64,000 nt of DNA, taken from positions 93,558,001-93,622,000 of the forward strand of contig NC_043001.1 in the NCBI RefSeq assembly GCF_006345805.1. The letters are read 5' to 3'. Under the pieces are notes generated by a model, which searched no databases, was not told where the DNA came from, and worked only from the letters and a program-made list of their open reading frames with translations. Positions 12,279-26,750 of this stretch are shown here, piece after piece. The stretch comes from Octopus sinensis (Eukaryota). Numbering within the stretch: position 1 is the stretch's first letter; each line of letters starts with the position of its first letter. The position numbers and the translations under genes were made by a program.

Positions 12279-13702
12279 CTGAAATGGAGAATTAATCAGT
12301 AGATCAATAAGTTCTTCGTAATGCATATTATGAATACAGAATGTTTTGTTGCATCAACTGACGTTCTTATTTGAAATGTCTCGACTAATACAATTAGCTA
12401 TTTAATCATATACACACACATACATATATACACACATGCATATAATAAATATACATATGTGTCTGTCCAATCTTTTTAATGATTTAGCTTTGAACATGGT
12501 ATAAAGAAATGAATCATTCATCCGTGAGTATGTTATATCTCTTCATACTTTTTACTAACTGTAAAGCGTTTTAAGCCCACGCAAGTAATACTTTGGTTGT
12601 TGACACACGGAAAAAGAGGTATTAAATCGCTGATATTTTAAACTTGTTTAATGACACAAAGTAGAGACTAGTAAGTGCAATAAATCAAGCATGTTTCGCA
12701 AATATAGAGAAGAGGTTTATGTGTATTACAGCGATGCAGAAAACATGATCCCAGATGATAGATTTACTGTATTCAGTAAAACATATGAGTAAGTAGCAGC
12801 GCTAGATATTTCATATTATTTTACTTCAATCTCAACAAGCAAAATCAAATAAAGAGATGGCTTCTATTCAGTTTAGTTTAACTCCAGTTTATTCCTTAAT
12901 ATTGCAACCATTAAACATGCCTTGCGATATTAACGTTCTTTAGAATTAAAATAATATTCCATTTTCTAATTTCCCTTTCCTCTAATAAAATGTTTGATTA
13001 TACACCTGTGTGAGAAGCAATTATTGCAGGGGCTCTCACACGATAGGTTTAGAATATTCTCTTAGAATATGGCATTTTATAAATTGAATGGAAGACTAAT
13101 CGACAACATAAAAGGCATAAAGCTATAAAGTAAAGAATTCAATTGACCTCAGAGGTTTCCATACATTTATTAAAAGAGAAAAGGATCTTTATTTATGCCA
13201 CTCTTCGGGATCAGTACAAGATAATCTAGATATATGGGTACTTTAATCAGTGAAACAGTATCTCACAATAACTTTATGTCATAAATTTAGAATGAAACCT
13301 ACAAAACATCCCACGAGGAAAGAAAATTGTGTGTTTATTTTTTTTCTTTCTGTCATGTAACACTATCAGGACTGAAAATTCAACGCATTTAGCTGGGTTT
13401 TTTTAAATATGAGGAGAATGAAAAATCCGGGTTTATGGATTGCTGCTTGTGGTATAGTTGCAACTAATGATGATCCAAGTTGTATTTACATTGAAAGCAA
13501 TGTAACAAATCGGTAGAAGCGTTATAGAATCGGAGAGTAAGACTAGCGGTATTTATTACGGATTTTCTTCTTTCAAAATCGTTAAATGTTGAACGGATAT
13601 AGTGTTGAAAACATTCTCATTCTCGTTTTATGCCTCTCTTTTTGCATAGATTGTACACGTGATTTCAAAGTCCACTCATGTTGCACTGTGGCGCTTATTT
13701 GG

Positions 13703-14160
13703 ACTTAATCCGTTTGTCTGTACTTATTTGTCCTCTCTGTGTTTAGCCCCTTGTGGGTAGTAAAGAAATAGGTATTTCGTCTGCCGATACGTTCTGAGTT
13801 CAAAATCCGCCGAGGTTGACTTTGCCTTTCATCCTTTCGGGGTCGATAAATTAAGTACCAGTTACGCACTGGGGTCGATGTAATCGACTTAATCCGTTTG
13901 TCTGTCCTTGTTCGTCCCCTCTATGTTTAGCCCCTTGTCGGCATTAAAGAAATAAGAACCCTTAGCACGCGGGACAAAATGTTTTGCAGCATATCGTCCA
14001 TCTGTATGTTGTGAGTTCAAATGACGAGATAGTCGACTTTGGTTTTCATTCTGTTGGCGTTGATAAAATAAAACCCAGTTTAGCTCGAGGGCTTGGGTGA
14101 TTTAAGCAACTTACCCAAACCTCGGAATTGCTGGCCTCGCGAAAGAAATTTGAAACCAAT
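13703..14160 (+). mobile_element. SINE family C: young tandem units next to an older copy
   Basis: Intact core ctgagttcaaaatccgccgaggttgactttgcctttcatcctttcggggtcgataaattaagtaccagtt; tail cttaatccgtttgtctgt..tttagccccttgt..taaagaaata occurs twice (13704-13770, 13888-13954); a decayed copy follows at 13960-14160. Confidence 0.9.
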
Positions 14161-14690
14161 TTGACTGGCTGGCAGCGTTGACTGAAATTCCATTTTAATA
14201 ATAGCTTCTCTATTTATTACCATCCCCGCTCCTATTTATGATGACACTAATCATTCAGATTTTGAAGAGAGCTTCAATAAAATCGAGCTAATCATACCTT
14301 TGAAATGTTAACGATATATTTAAATATTTAATTATTTTACAGTTTTTCGAAATGAACAGAAAATTTTCACAAAAGAAATGCGACAGAAGCACAGATGCGG
14401 TTCGCTATTAAATGAAAAGAAATGGGGAAAGGGAGTGGTTTAAATTATTATTGAAAATATTGCTCTACGTTTATGAAAAATGATGTGCGTATGAGAACAA
14501 CTGTTGCGTATATATTGAAAAATCTATTGTATAATTTAATTGGAAATATTCGACAGTTATATTCTTACAACATAATGAAGTATCTTTTAAATGTCTTCCT
14601 GCGACTCTTTCAGTGGCGTTTTGAGCAAAACTTGTGTTGGTTATAAATTGAGTTCTTAACCATTTCAGTTTTCCACACTCTTTTATTAGT

Positions 14691-14730
14691 GGAGGTACAC
14701 GGCCTAGTGGTTAGAGCAGCGGACTCGCTG
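14691..14730 (+). mobile_element. 5' tRNA-like head fragment of SINE family B
   Basis: ggaggtacacggcctagtggttagagcagcggactcgc matches the head of 8787-9074 and 39098-39389. Confidence 0.75.
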
Positions 14731-14802
14731 GCCAGATAGCCGGAGAGATGGTGTTGTGGATTTCTACTCAGAATTTTATCTTGGCTATTGAATAATTGTC
14801 AC

Positions 14803-14858
<56 letters not shown>

Positions 14859-14863
14859 ATATA

Positions 14864-15055
14864 GTTAATCCAAACATGAAAACACAAAGAGAAAACACAA
14901 CAACGCGAAGACGTGGAACAAGTATAGTGTTATTGGACGCTCAGGAAGGAAGGAAAGAAGGAGGGTTTTACGTTTCGAGCGGAGCTCTTCGTCAGAAACA
15001 TAGGGAAAGGAAAGATCCAGAGAAGGGAAGACGGAGGAAAAAATTGCCCACGGTA
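14864..15055 (-). mobile_element. Penelope-like terminal-repeat fragment carrying a hammerhead ribozyme, between (TA)n and (CA)n
   Basis: 190 bp unique segment between microsatellites containing the ribozyme listed next; a related decayed copy lies at about 46950-47120. Confidence 0.7.
14965..14999 (-). ncRNA. Minimal type I hammerhead ribozyme
   Basis: Minus strand reads GUUU-CUGACGA-A-GAGC-UCC-GCUC-GAAA-C-GUA|AAAC. It has the complete catalytic core, a 4-bp stem II, stem I GUUU/AAAC, a loopless palindromic stem III (ACGU) and a GUA cleavage triplet. Confidence 0.85.
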
Positions 15056-15141
15056 CACACACACACACACATATATCACACACACATATATATATATATA
15101 TATACATACATACACACACACACACACCACACACACACACA

Positions 15142-15180
<39 letters not shown>

Positions 15181-15613
15181 ATATATATATATATATAAGT
15201 ATGTTTTCCTTATCTCAGTATGTTGTTGAAATTTGTGAGACTAATGGAAACGTGAAACAAGACTAGATATATTTATATCTTAAACAAAACACACTTCCAA
15301 TAAAATGATGTACTATTTCTATACTGCCTTGCGGGATGTTGAATAGTTTTAAATATAGAGGTATAATAAATCAAATTATGTCTTTAGTGAATGTCAACAA
15401 TGTAAAGATGTTATTCCTCACTTACTACAATTCATCTCTAAAAATTAAATTGCACTGGTCATGCAAATCATTGTAGTCAAATAGCTTTTAGCAAAAACAA
15501 AAATAAGTAAGACAACGGAAAGTAAATATCTGACCGTTTGCTATCTACAGGCGCTTTGGCACTTTGTAGGCATCGGATTTTATGAATAATATACTATGCT
15601 TATATTTTGTTAT

Positions 15614-15836
15614 TTTTTGCTTGTTTCAGTCAATTCAATGCGGCTATGTAAGAGCACCGCCTCAATAGATTGTTATTCACAGAATTCGACTCAAATAGTT
15701 ATTCTTTGTAAGCCTAGTACTTAATATATCGGTACACTTTGCCGAACCGGAAAGTTTCGGGATCGTGAAAACAGTAACGTTCTTTAACAAGCCGCAGTGG
15801 GTGAGAAACACAGACACAAGGAGCCCCCCCCCCACA

Positions 15837-15904
<68 letters not shown>

Positions 15905-16138
15905 GTGTGTGTGTGTGTATACATATATATATATATATTATATATATATATATAGAGAGAGAGAGACACACACACACACAACAGGCACCTATCAGTTTTA
16001 GTCTACCAAATCCGCTCTCAAGGGTTAGGTCAGTCCGAAGCTATAGCAGAAGACACTTGACCAAGTTGTCACGCAGTGGGACTGGACCTCGAATTATGTG
16101 GTTTGGGGGAGCAAGCTTCTTATTACACAACCATGTGC

Positions 16139-16140
<2 letters not shown>
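15614..16140 (-). mobile_element. SINE family A with expanded internal (CA)/(TA) tract
   Basis: Reverse complement of family A head (15985-16140) and tail (15614-15820). Confidence 0.85.
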
Positions 16141-16179
<39 letters not shown>

Positions 16180-16225
16180 TATGTATTATATATATATGTG
16201 TGTGTGTGTGTATACATTATATATA

Positions 16226-16415
16226 GAGAGAGAGAGACACACACACACACAACAGGCACCTATCAGTTTTAGTCTACCAAATCCGCTCTCAAGGGTTAGG
16301 TCAGTCCGAAGCTATAGCAGAAGACACTTGACCAAGTTGTCACGCAGTGGGACTGGACCTCGAATTATGTGGTTTGGGGGAGCAAGCTTCTTATTACACA
16401 ACCATGTGCATATAT
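16226..16415 (-). repeat. Identical tandem duplicate of 15955-16145 (SINE A 5' half)
   Basis: acaggcacctatcagttttagtctacc...caaccatgtgcat repeated with a 271 bp period and no visible differences. Confidence 0.92.
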
Positions 16416-16418
16416 ATA

Positions 16419-16461
<43 letters not shown>

Positions 16462-16620
16462 TGTGTGTGTGTCTGTATTTATATACACACACACACTCAA
16501 ATACATGTGTGTATACATATCCTTCCGTCCGTCTGTCCGTCAGTCCATCCATCCATCCATCCATCCATCCATCCATCTATCTATCCATCTATCTATCTAT
16601 GTTAATATGTGCATATTTAT

Positions 16621-16820
16621 GGCGGCGATCTCATAAAATCATTAGCACACGGGCAAACCGCTGAGCGGCATTTCGTCCATCTTTATGTTCTTAGTACAAA
16701 TTCCACAGAGGTCGACTTTACCTTTTATATTTTCATGAGAAATTAAGTACAATTTAAGCAATGCGGTCGACTTGCCTACTCCACCGAAATTGCTGGAATT
16801 GTGCCAAAATCTGAAACCAA
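16621..16820 (+). mobile_element. SINE family C copy
   Basis: ggcggcgatctcataaaatcattagcacacgggc..caaattccacagaggtcgactttacc..gaaattgctgg..gaaaccaat. Confidence 0.8.
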
Positions 16821-16910
16821 TATATATATACGTATTTGATATATAATAGTTTATATCTATGTGTGTGTTGACGTGTGTGTATTTGTGTGAGAAAGAGAGA
16901 AACAGAGAGT

Positions 16911-16941
<31 letters not shown>

Positions 16942-17874
16942 ATGCGTGTCTTCACATCAATAGTAAAACCGATATCGATAACTGGTACTAAAACAACAAC
17001 AAAAAAATCCAACAGTGAAAGATAATAAGAATTACATGTTGTATTTAAGCATACTCTCTGTACAAACAATATAAGGACAAAAGCCTTATATAACTAAAGT
17101 GATAGCAACGACCTACAAGAAGAACAAATTTAGCAACAGTTACGAGACCAGAAATAAGTCCAATACTCATGACCAAGGTAGTAATACCAATAAAAAACAT
17201 CAATAGTTTGATAAATAACAACTACAAGCAAATGATGTGAACGGTTAATAATGAACTGTCAATGTCAAAATCTCCTCTATTCGTTTTAGTGGGAGTTCCA
17301 CTTTGAAGAATTAATGTCAAGTGTGCTTCAAAGGATTTCTTTACAATTTGCTTCGAAAGTTTCGCTAATACTCTTCAGTTATAGAGGTCAGGATTTTGTT
17401 TGCCGTGCATAATATCTTACCTTTTGGCATTTATTGATCTATAATTTCGTTGCTATACTTACCACATGTATGCAATTTGGTAGAGATTGTAGCAAGATTG
17501 AATTACTCCAAGGAAAATTTCTAAAAGCCAATAGCTAAGAGCTAAAACATATATCAAGGGGTTAAAAGCTTGACGAATATGGGGTCTCTTTTATATATTA
17601 AAGTACATTGGAATATATTGGACAATATGGAAGTTAACCAACCGTAGCAAGCGTATCGGTGTGGCTAAGGAGTTCGACCGTTGCCATGTTGCTTTATGTT
17701 AGGCCCCATATCGCGGGTTGACCGCACCAGTGTAACTTATTTAGCAGGACTTGCACAGAATCTTCTCGTGTTTCTTTTTTAACTTGTTAACTTTGCCTGC
17801 ATGTGAGTTTTATATAAAAAAAAACCCTAAAGAATTGCACTTTTCAGGAAATAAAACTCTCGGAAGATATCTTT

Positions 17875-17875
17875 G

Positions 17876-17911
<36 letters not shown>

Positions 17912-18109
17912 ATGTATGTGTGTGTGTGTGTGTGTGCGTGTGTATGTATATATATATGTATATATATATGTATATATATATATATATCTATATATATATA
18001 TGTATATATATATATATCTATATATATTGTATATATATATGTATATATATATATATGTATATATATATATGTATATATATGTGTATATATATATCTATAT
18101 AAATATGTG

Positions 18110-18143
<34 letters not shown>

Positions 18144-18487
18144 TATATATATACATATATATATATATGTGTATATATATACATATATATATATATATGT
18201 TTATATATATGTGTATATATATATACATATATATATATATACATATATATATATATGTTTATATAAACTTAGATAAACTTAGATATGTTTCGACCAAAGA
18301 TTGGTCCAGGCCATGTCTAACTTAATAGCACCACCTGATAGGATTATTCGAATCCTGTTTAAGTCAAGTTTTGTTCAATTAGTGAGTTCTTGTTGGGTGA
18401 GTTGTATCCAGTTTTGTTCAAGTAGTGAGTTCTTGTTGGGTGAGTTGTATCCAATTATGGGTGGCTTATCTGGTATTCTATCCAGAC

Positions 18488-18528
<41 letters not shown>

Positions 18529-18656
18529 TATATATATATATATATGTGCATATATATATATGTGCATATATATATATATATATATATATACAATATATAT
18601 ATATATATATACATATATATATGTATATATATACACACATATATATATATATGTGC

Positions 18657-18689
<33 letters not shown>

Positions 18690-18706
18690 GTGCATATAGA
18701 TATATA

Positions 18707-18745
<39 letters not shown>
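17875..18745. repeat. Long (TA)n-rich tracts enclosing a 225 bp insert (18265-18490) with an internal ~43 bp direct duplication
   Basis: agttttgttcaa(t/g)tagtgagttcttgttgggtgagttgtatcc occurs twice within 18368-18452. Confidence 0.9.
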
Positions 18746-18747
<2 letters not shown>

Positions 18748-19924
18748 TGCCTACATTCGCATATATTTATATATTTATATATGTGCGCATGTTTTCATAT
18801 ATGTATGTGTACACATAAAAAGATGTACGTGTATACACAAATACACATAATCACATCTCTCTCTATCTCTCTCTATCTGTAATATTTTACACTGAGAATC
18901 ACTTAGCGTGTATAATGCTTACAAGACCGCTACTTTGTAATTGCTTTTACATGTCGCATTAACAGAAATGGAAACGTAGATGCTGTATATTTTGCTGCTT
19001 ATTTTTACAAACGGACATATTTCTGTTAAGAGCTGCATAGCATTAAAATACTTCTAACTGTTTAGATTCTTAGACAGCATCGAAGCACAGCCAAAAGTGC
19101 TTTTGAAACGAGAAGTTTTCGGACTGTGGATTGCTATCTCGAACGAAATAGTCAATTGTCATTAATCGATTTTAAACTCATTTGTATTCATACGTTGTCC
19201 AAGAGAAAATAACCTGCGAGTTACAGACTGGAATTGTAATTATAAAGAATTTCCCCACAAGTAGTAACTTAATGAAAGGAAAAAAAAATAAATTGTCCAT
19301 CCAGCAATTTCAGTTTTCACTTAACTGCTGGTAAACACTCTGTAGCATATATCGATGAGATGCGCAAGTGTATCAAATGTTTTCTTCCTGGAGTTAATTT
19401 ACGTAACTAAATTAAAGTTTGGTATTAGGATAGAATTATATCTATTTGTGGGTTTCAGTCACTAAAAATAAAAAATGTGAAAATGAATATCTCTAAAAAA
19501 TAATTGAGTATGTATGAGGATATGGGTGTATAGAGATTTACATTTGCATGTGCCTGGGTATATCTATATGACTTCGAGTACGAGTGTTTCTCAACACCCA
19601 TCATTGCATGCAATCGTACACACGCTTTCAAAAACATAAGAATATCAATCAATCAATCAATCAATCAGTCAATCAATCTAATCTATATGTGTATAGTGTA
19701 TATATTTGTCTGTCTGTCTCCTTCTCTCTGTCTATATATGTATGTATATGTATATATATATATATGTATGTATAACAGAATACACAAATGGGACGACAAC
19801 GCAACAGGAAATAACAAGACATCCAGACAAAGGATACAAAAAGGGACAAGAAAAAACAAGGACGGGCCATTCGGAGTTTTCTTTCGTCAGTCGAGTTCCA
19901 GATTATCTTTGCAGTTTCGGCTGG

Positions 19925-20000
<76 letters not shown>

Positions 20001-21367
20001 TATATGTATGTATGTATGTACGTGTGTGTTGCGTGTGTGTTTATGTATACATCGACTTAATGTTGATGACTTGTTAGAACGTCGATACTGCGGTATTAGT
20101 ACCAAGAGATTTTCTCGCATGTTACATAAAAGCACATCGCAGCAGACACAGTACTGCTTCCGTCTCTAACAATTAGTTTATACTTCCCAACTAGTAAACA
20201 GGCTATTTCCAACATCAATGATTGGAATGACACTGAAATTCTATATATGAGGCCAACAAAATTTGGCTTGTATGCAGTCACCTGTCCCCACTACTGAGGG
20301 AGTCCAGTATATAGAAATCTCGTGAACTAGTCAATCAGGAACCAATAATAGATGCTAAGGTATAGGTCTGTGCTTTTATACACCAAGTGGGCAAATGAGA
20401 GAACATCTCAAGGATAATACCGCAATATCCGGCATTCTAACGAGATATCCATGTTAAGTTGAATATAAAGGTTTCCTTTGAGCAATAATACTGTTTTGTC
20501 CCTAATAATTACACACACACACACACACACATCAATATAATGTGTTTCGTAAATTTTTTTTATGTTCAATACTTTACTTCGGCATTTCATGAAGTTTTTG
20601 TCCGTAACGAAAATTTAAAATAGTTCTTAGTTGTCTGCTTTTCACTTATAACTACGAAAAAGACTATACTGCGAATATATAGCTCTGTGGATACCGTTAC
20701 TGCAATAGAAATAATAATGGCATTACGCTGTGTATTATATGATACCTTCGTAGGAAGCCCGAGAATTTCAGAAAGCACTTTTGGCTATCTGTACGTTGAA
20801 GAGTTGGTAGAAGTCTGAGAAATTTATTTGTACATGGAAATAGGAAACCAAGAGAAAGCATTTCAAGCATACATGGATACTTAGAAATGCACTGCATAAA
20901 CATTGAAGTATGCATAGAAAAAAAGCTATATAGATAAAAAAAAACCTCCTAATACATATCAGTATATCAGACTGTGTTACACACAACATACAACTCAGAA
21001 ACATAGGTATTATTAAATAAGAATCAAGATTAACATTGCAATAGGGAAATAAATCCTGGCAGCTTCGAAAAAGTGCTAGCGGCAAACAGGTTTACAGTAC
21101 TTTTTAATGGGTGAAACGTTAATTAAATTTGGAAAACTTGTCACTCACGCCTTCTAGATATTGACACAAGCATGCGTACAAAACTTGCAAATACACATAC
21201 ACACACACACTCACAGTTATTTATATATCTATTTATATGGAAGGACAGCTTTCATCTGTACAACAATACAGCAAAAACCTTACCATTACTTGCTTACATA
21301 CACACAGACGTGTGTGTGTAAATATATTTAAATTTATACACATGCATTTATCTTTGTATATGTACAC

Positions 21368-21453
<86 letters not shown>

Positions 21454-21823
21454 GTATATATATATATATATGTGTGTGTGTGTCTAACACATACATGTAC
21501 TTATGCACTTGTATATTCTCTTATATTAGAATTTGTGAATAATAACTTCAGTCCACGCTTAAAACTGTTTCTGAACGTGTGTGAGAACAGAGAGATATAT
21601 ATGGAATCAAGGTCTCTACTGAATTTATCGAATGTATAGGTCTAGACATCTCGTCTTACATAAAGTATTGGCTAAAATTTACAGATACGTAACTTTATAC
21701 ATTATAAGCCACAAAACACTGTTCAGTCACCAGCGGGTCATCTGAAAAAGAAAACGGCTGGAAGTCAAATCCGTTATAGTTTTCAGATCTATGTGTTATC
21801 ACTGATGCACACAATTATGTACA

Positions 21824-21860
<37 letters not shown>

Positions 21861-22508
21861 TTGATGTGACTCTACAGAGATAGGCACAACGTGTGAACAA
21901 TAAATAAGTGACACCATGCAAATTCATTTGCAATTTGCTCAACGTAGGCCATACTTGAGCAAAAGGATCTGCTTCGCTGAATGGAAAATAATTCCAAAAT
22001 GCTTATCCGATCCGGGGGAATTCCTTAACATAAAAAGCAAAATATTTAATAGCTGCTCTCGTTATGGAAAATTCCCTTTCAAAATATGTTCACACGTTTT
22101 TCAGACTAGAGAATGAAAACGCACGCAGATACAAATGCAAACTTTTAGAAACTTATGATGGCGTGCGAAGGGTGACAATTCTTTGTTACCTCAGTAAATT
22201 GTAAACATTTCTCCAACTTTTTCGTTTCTTTACGCTTATTGCGCCAAATGAGCGAAACTTATGTATCTTCAACTCCAGCGTAGAAGCAGCAATGCGCTAC
22301 CACCTACCATATCTGAAGAGCCGTCAGTCACGTCAAATGCAATTCTACGTGGGTCAACATCAATCCTTTTGGGACCAGTTATATGCAGAACCTAGATTAT
22401 TCTGCCTAACAACATAAAATTATAGTTGTTCAGTTTTTCTTTTGGTGTTTTCTTTCTTGTGATCGAAAGAAAATAAATCGACAATGTATGCATGCGTATA
22501 ATATACCT

Positions 22509-22778
<270 letters not shown>

Positions 22779-22782
22779 TGTC

Positions 22783-23106
22783 GTGGCACTCTGTCGGTTG
22801 TGAGGACGAGGGTTGAGCACTCCACAGACAAGTGTACCATTGACGTAGTTCTCGGAGAGATTCAGCGTGACACAGTGTATGACAAGACTGGCCCTTTCAA
22901 ATACAAGTACAACAGATGCAGGAAGAAAGAGCTAGAGAAAGTTGTGATGAAAGAGTACAACCGGGTTCGCCAGCACCCTCTGCCTGAGCCTCGTGGAACA
23001 TTCGGTATTATCTCTCAATAAATACTCACAACGCCCGGTCTGGGAATCGAAACTGCGATTCCACGACCGCGAGTCCACTACCTTAACGACTGAACCATTG
23101 CACCTC
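22783..23106 (-). mobile_element. SINE family B copy
   Basis: tRNA head reverse complement ctcacaacgcccggtctgggaatcgaaactgcgattccacgaccgcgagtccac; tail shared with 59066-59240. Confidence 0.88.
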
Positions 23107-23624
23107 TATACATACATCCGTACTATCATACACACACTCACACACATATATAATTATATATAACACATACAAATAGTTATATCATTAGTTGCATTCAAGA
23201 AATACATACAAGAAAAAACGATGTATCCTTTTCTTTCCTACGGCTTTATTTTAACTTAAGTATACATATTTAGCTATCTGTGACGTGAAAGCGGTTGTAT
23301 ATTAGACATATATCTCTCCGCCTTCATAGATGCACACTTATATACATACATGCACATGCATGTACGTATACTAAAAAGTCAGTATTGGAGATGTATGAAG
23401 ACATAAAACGATGCATATTTGCTGGCAGTGAGTAGACATGCAAACACGCAGCTGCCCATATAAACATTCGTATAGAAAACAAGGATATGTCTATGTACGC
23501 ATATATATAATGAATACGATATAAATAACATAATTACATACACACATAAACACCCATGTATACTTGGTAGTTAGTTCCATACGCGTATAGATGAGCTCGT
23601 CCACCAATCACGAATCTTTGTACT

Positions 23625-25050
<1,426 letters not shown>

Positions 25051-26228
25051 TATACCATGTTTATAATTGAAAGCGCAAGGGAAATGGAGTTGAATGATAT
25101 AGTGCAGGATTAATTAAAAACAAATACGAAAGACAAAACGGAAAAAGTAAGTAAAAGTTAAGGAAGACTCGAGTATCAGCTTGTTTGCAATCAGCCAACG
25201 AATACATACGATTTTCAGATACAGAACATCTTTTTACTTCTAATACATCGTTGCCATTACCACCATGGACGCTGCCACCACTGCCACGAATATCATTACA
25301 ATCTTCATCCAATTATCTTCATCATCGTCATCATCATCATCATCCTCATCAACATCATTATCATTATTTTCATAGAATTAACATCATCATCATCATCATT
25401 ATTTTCATAGAATTAACATCATCATCATCAACATAAATGCCATTACCAATACAAAAAAACCCCACCTCCACTCTAACCGCATCCTCCTCCTAGTCATCGT
25501 CGTTTTCACAGCCAAAATCATACTTTATCAAATCACCATCACTACCGCCGTCGTCATCAGCATCATCATCATCATCATTATCATTATCATCTGCACCATT
25601 ATCAATGTCTACATCACCGTGACCGTCAATATTATCTAATGCGAGAAAAAGTCGCTACTAAATCACATCATCACACAAAAACCGAAAACAGTTAGAAATG
25701 ATAATCGGTATAATTCTTGCCTTATAATGTTAACAAGAGTCATTCCAATCATCTCCGGACACTACGTCTCTCAACGTATCCACTGAAATTCAGACTATGT
25801 GTGACAAAGGATAAAATTGAACTCGATGATGTGGGAGCTCATAATGTAAAGATTCAGAAGAATACCACAAGGCCAACTTTTATCGGTGCTATACCGATTC
25901 TGCCGACTAGTAAACGTAAGACAGTCGAAAATTAAATCGTAACTATAAGTATTTCTAACGGTGTCTCGTATAGTCTGGGCATTTACGAGGAGACTAGTGT
26001 CACTTATATGAGCTCCAGTTATTGACAGGATCTTATGCAGAACGAGATCGAATTTCTCTACAGTGACAGTTGAACGCAAACCAGATCTTATAGTTTTGAT
26101 GTGGTTTCTGTTCGAAACGTATTGCATACAAAGACATAGACAACTAAATAGACAGATAGATACACACACAAACATAGTTGCATGCATACATGGATACACA
26201 CACACATATATAACTGAAAAGAGACCGT

Positions 26229-26286
<58 letters not shown>

Positions 26287-26471
26287 GGTCCCGGGTTGAT
26301 TCGGGGTTAACCACAGTAAATAAGGTACTCAATACATAGTAGAGTAAAATTAATTTATTATATATTGATTTCTCTTGAATGAAACAGTTCTAGTCCTGTA
26401 GAAGCTCCTTCTATATAATAAATATATATATATATATATATACATACATATATATATATATATATATACAT

Positions 26472-26533
<62 letters not shown>

Positions 26534-26589
26534 AAAATTTAGAATTGTTAAAATATGTTTGTGACAGGTTTTCAGCTTCTAAAATGCAA

Positions 26590-26750
26590 ACCAGGCTCTT
26601 TTCAATTTCAGTCTACGAGCCACCAGATCTAATCGCAAGATTTTGGTAGGCATGCCATTTACATAAGTTGCCACACAGTGAGACTGAAACTTGAACCATA
26701 TGACCGATTAGTAAACTGTGTACCACACAGTTCGTGGCTGTGTGCCTGCG
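26590..26750 (-). mobile_element. Decayed 5' half of SINE family A
   Basis: gccacacagtgagactgaaacttgaaccatatg..taccacacag..tgcctgcg is the reverse complement of the family A head. Confidence 0.7.

Noticed and set aside
17463-17520. Possible 58 bp minus-strand exon with a perfect GTAAGT donor
   Set aside because: The only frame whose phase fits the 12278 exon creates a TGA at the junction, and no homology is recognised.
25717-26205. Overlapping non-repetitive ORFs on both strands
   Set aside because: No recognisable domain and weak splice signals.
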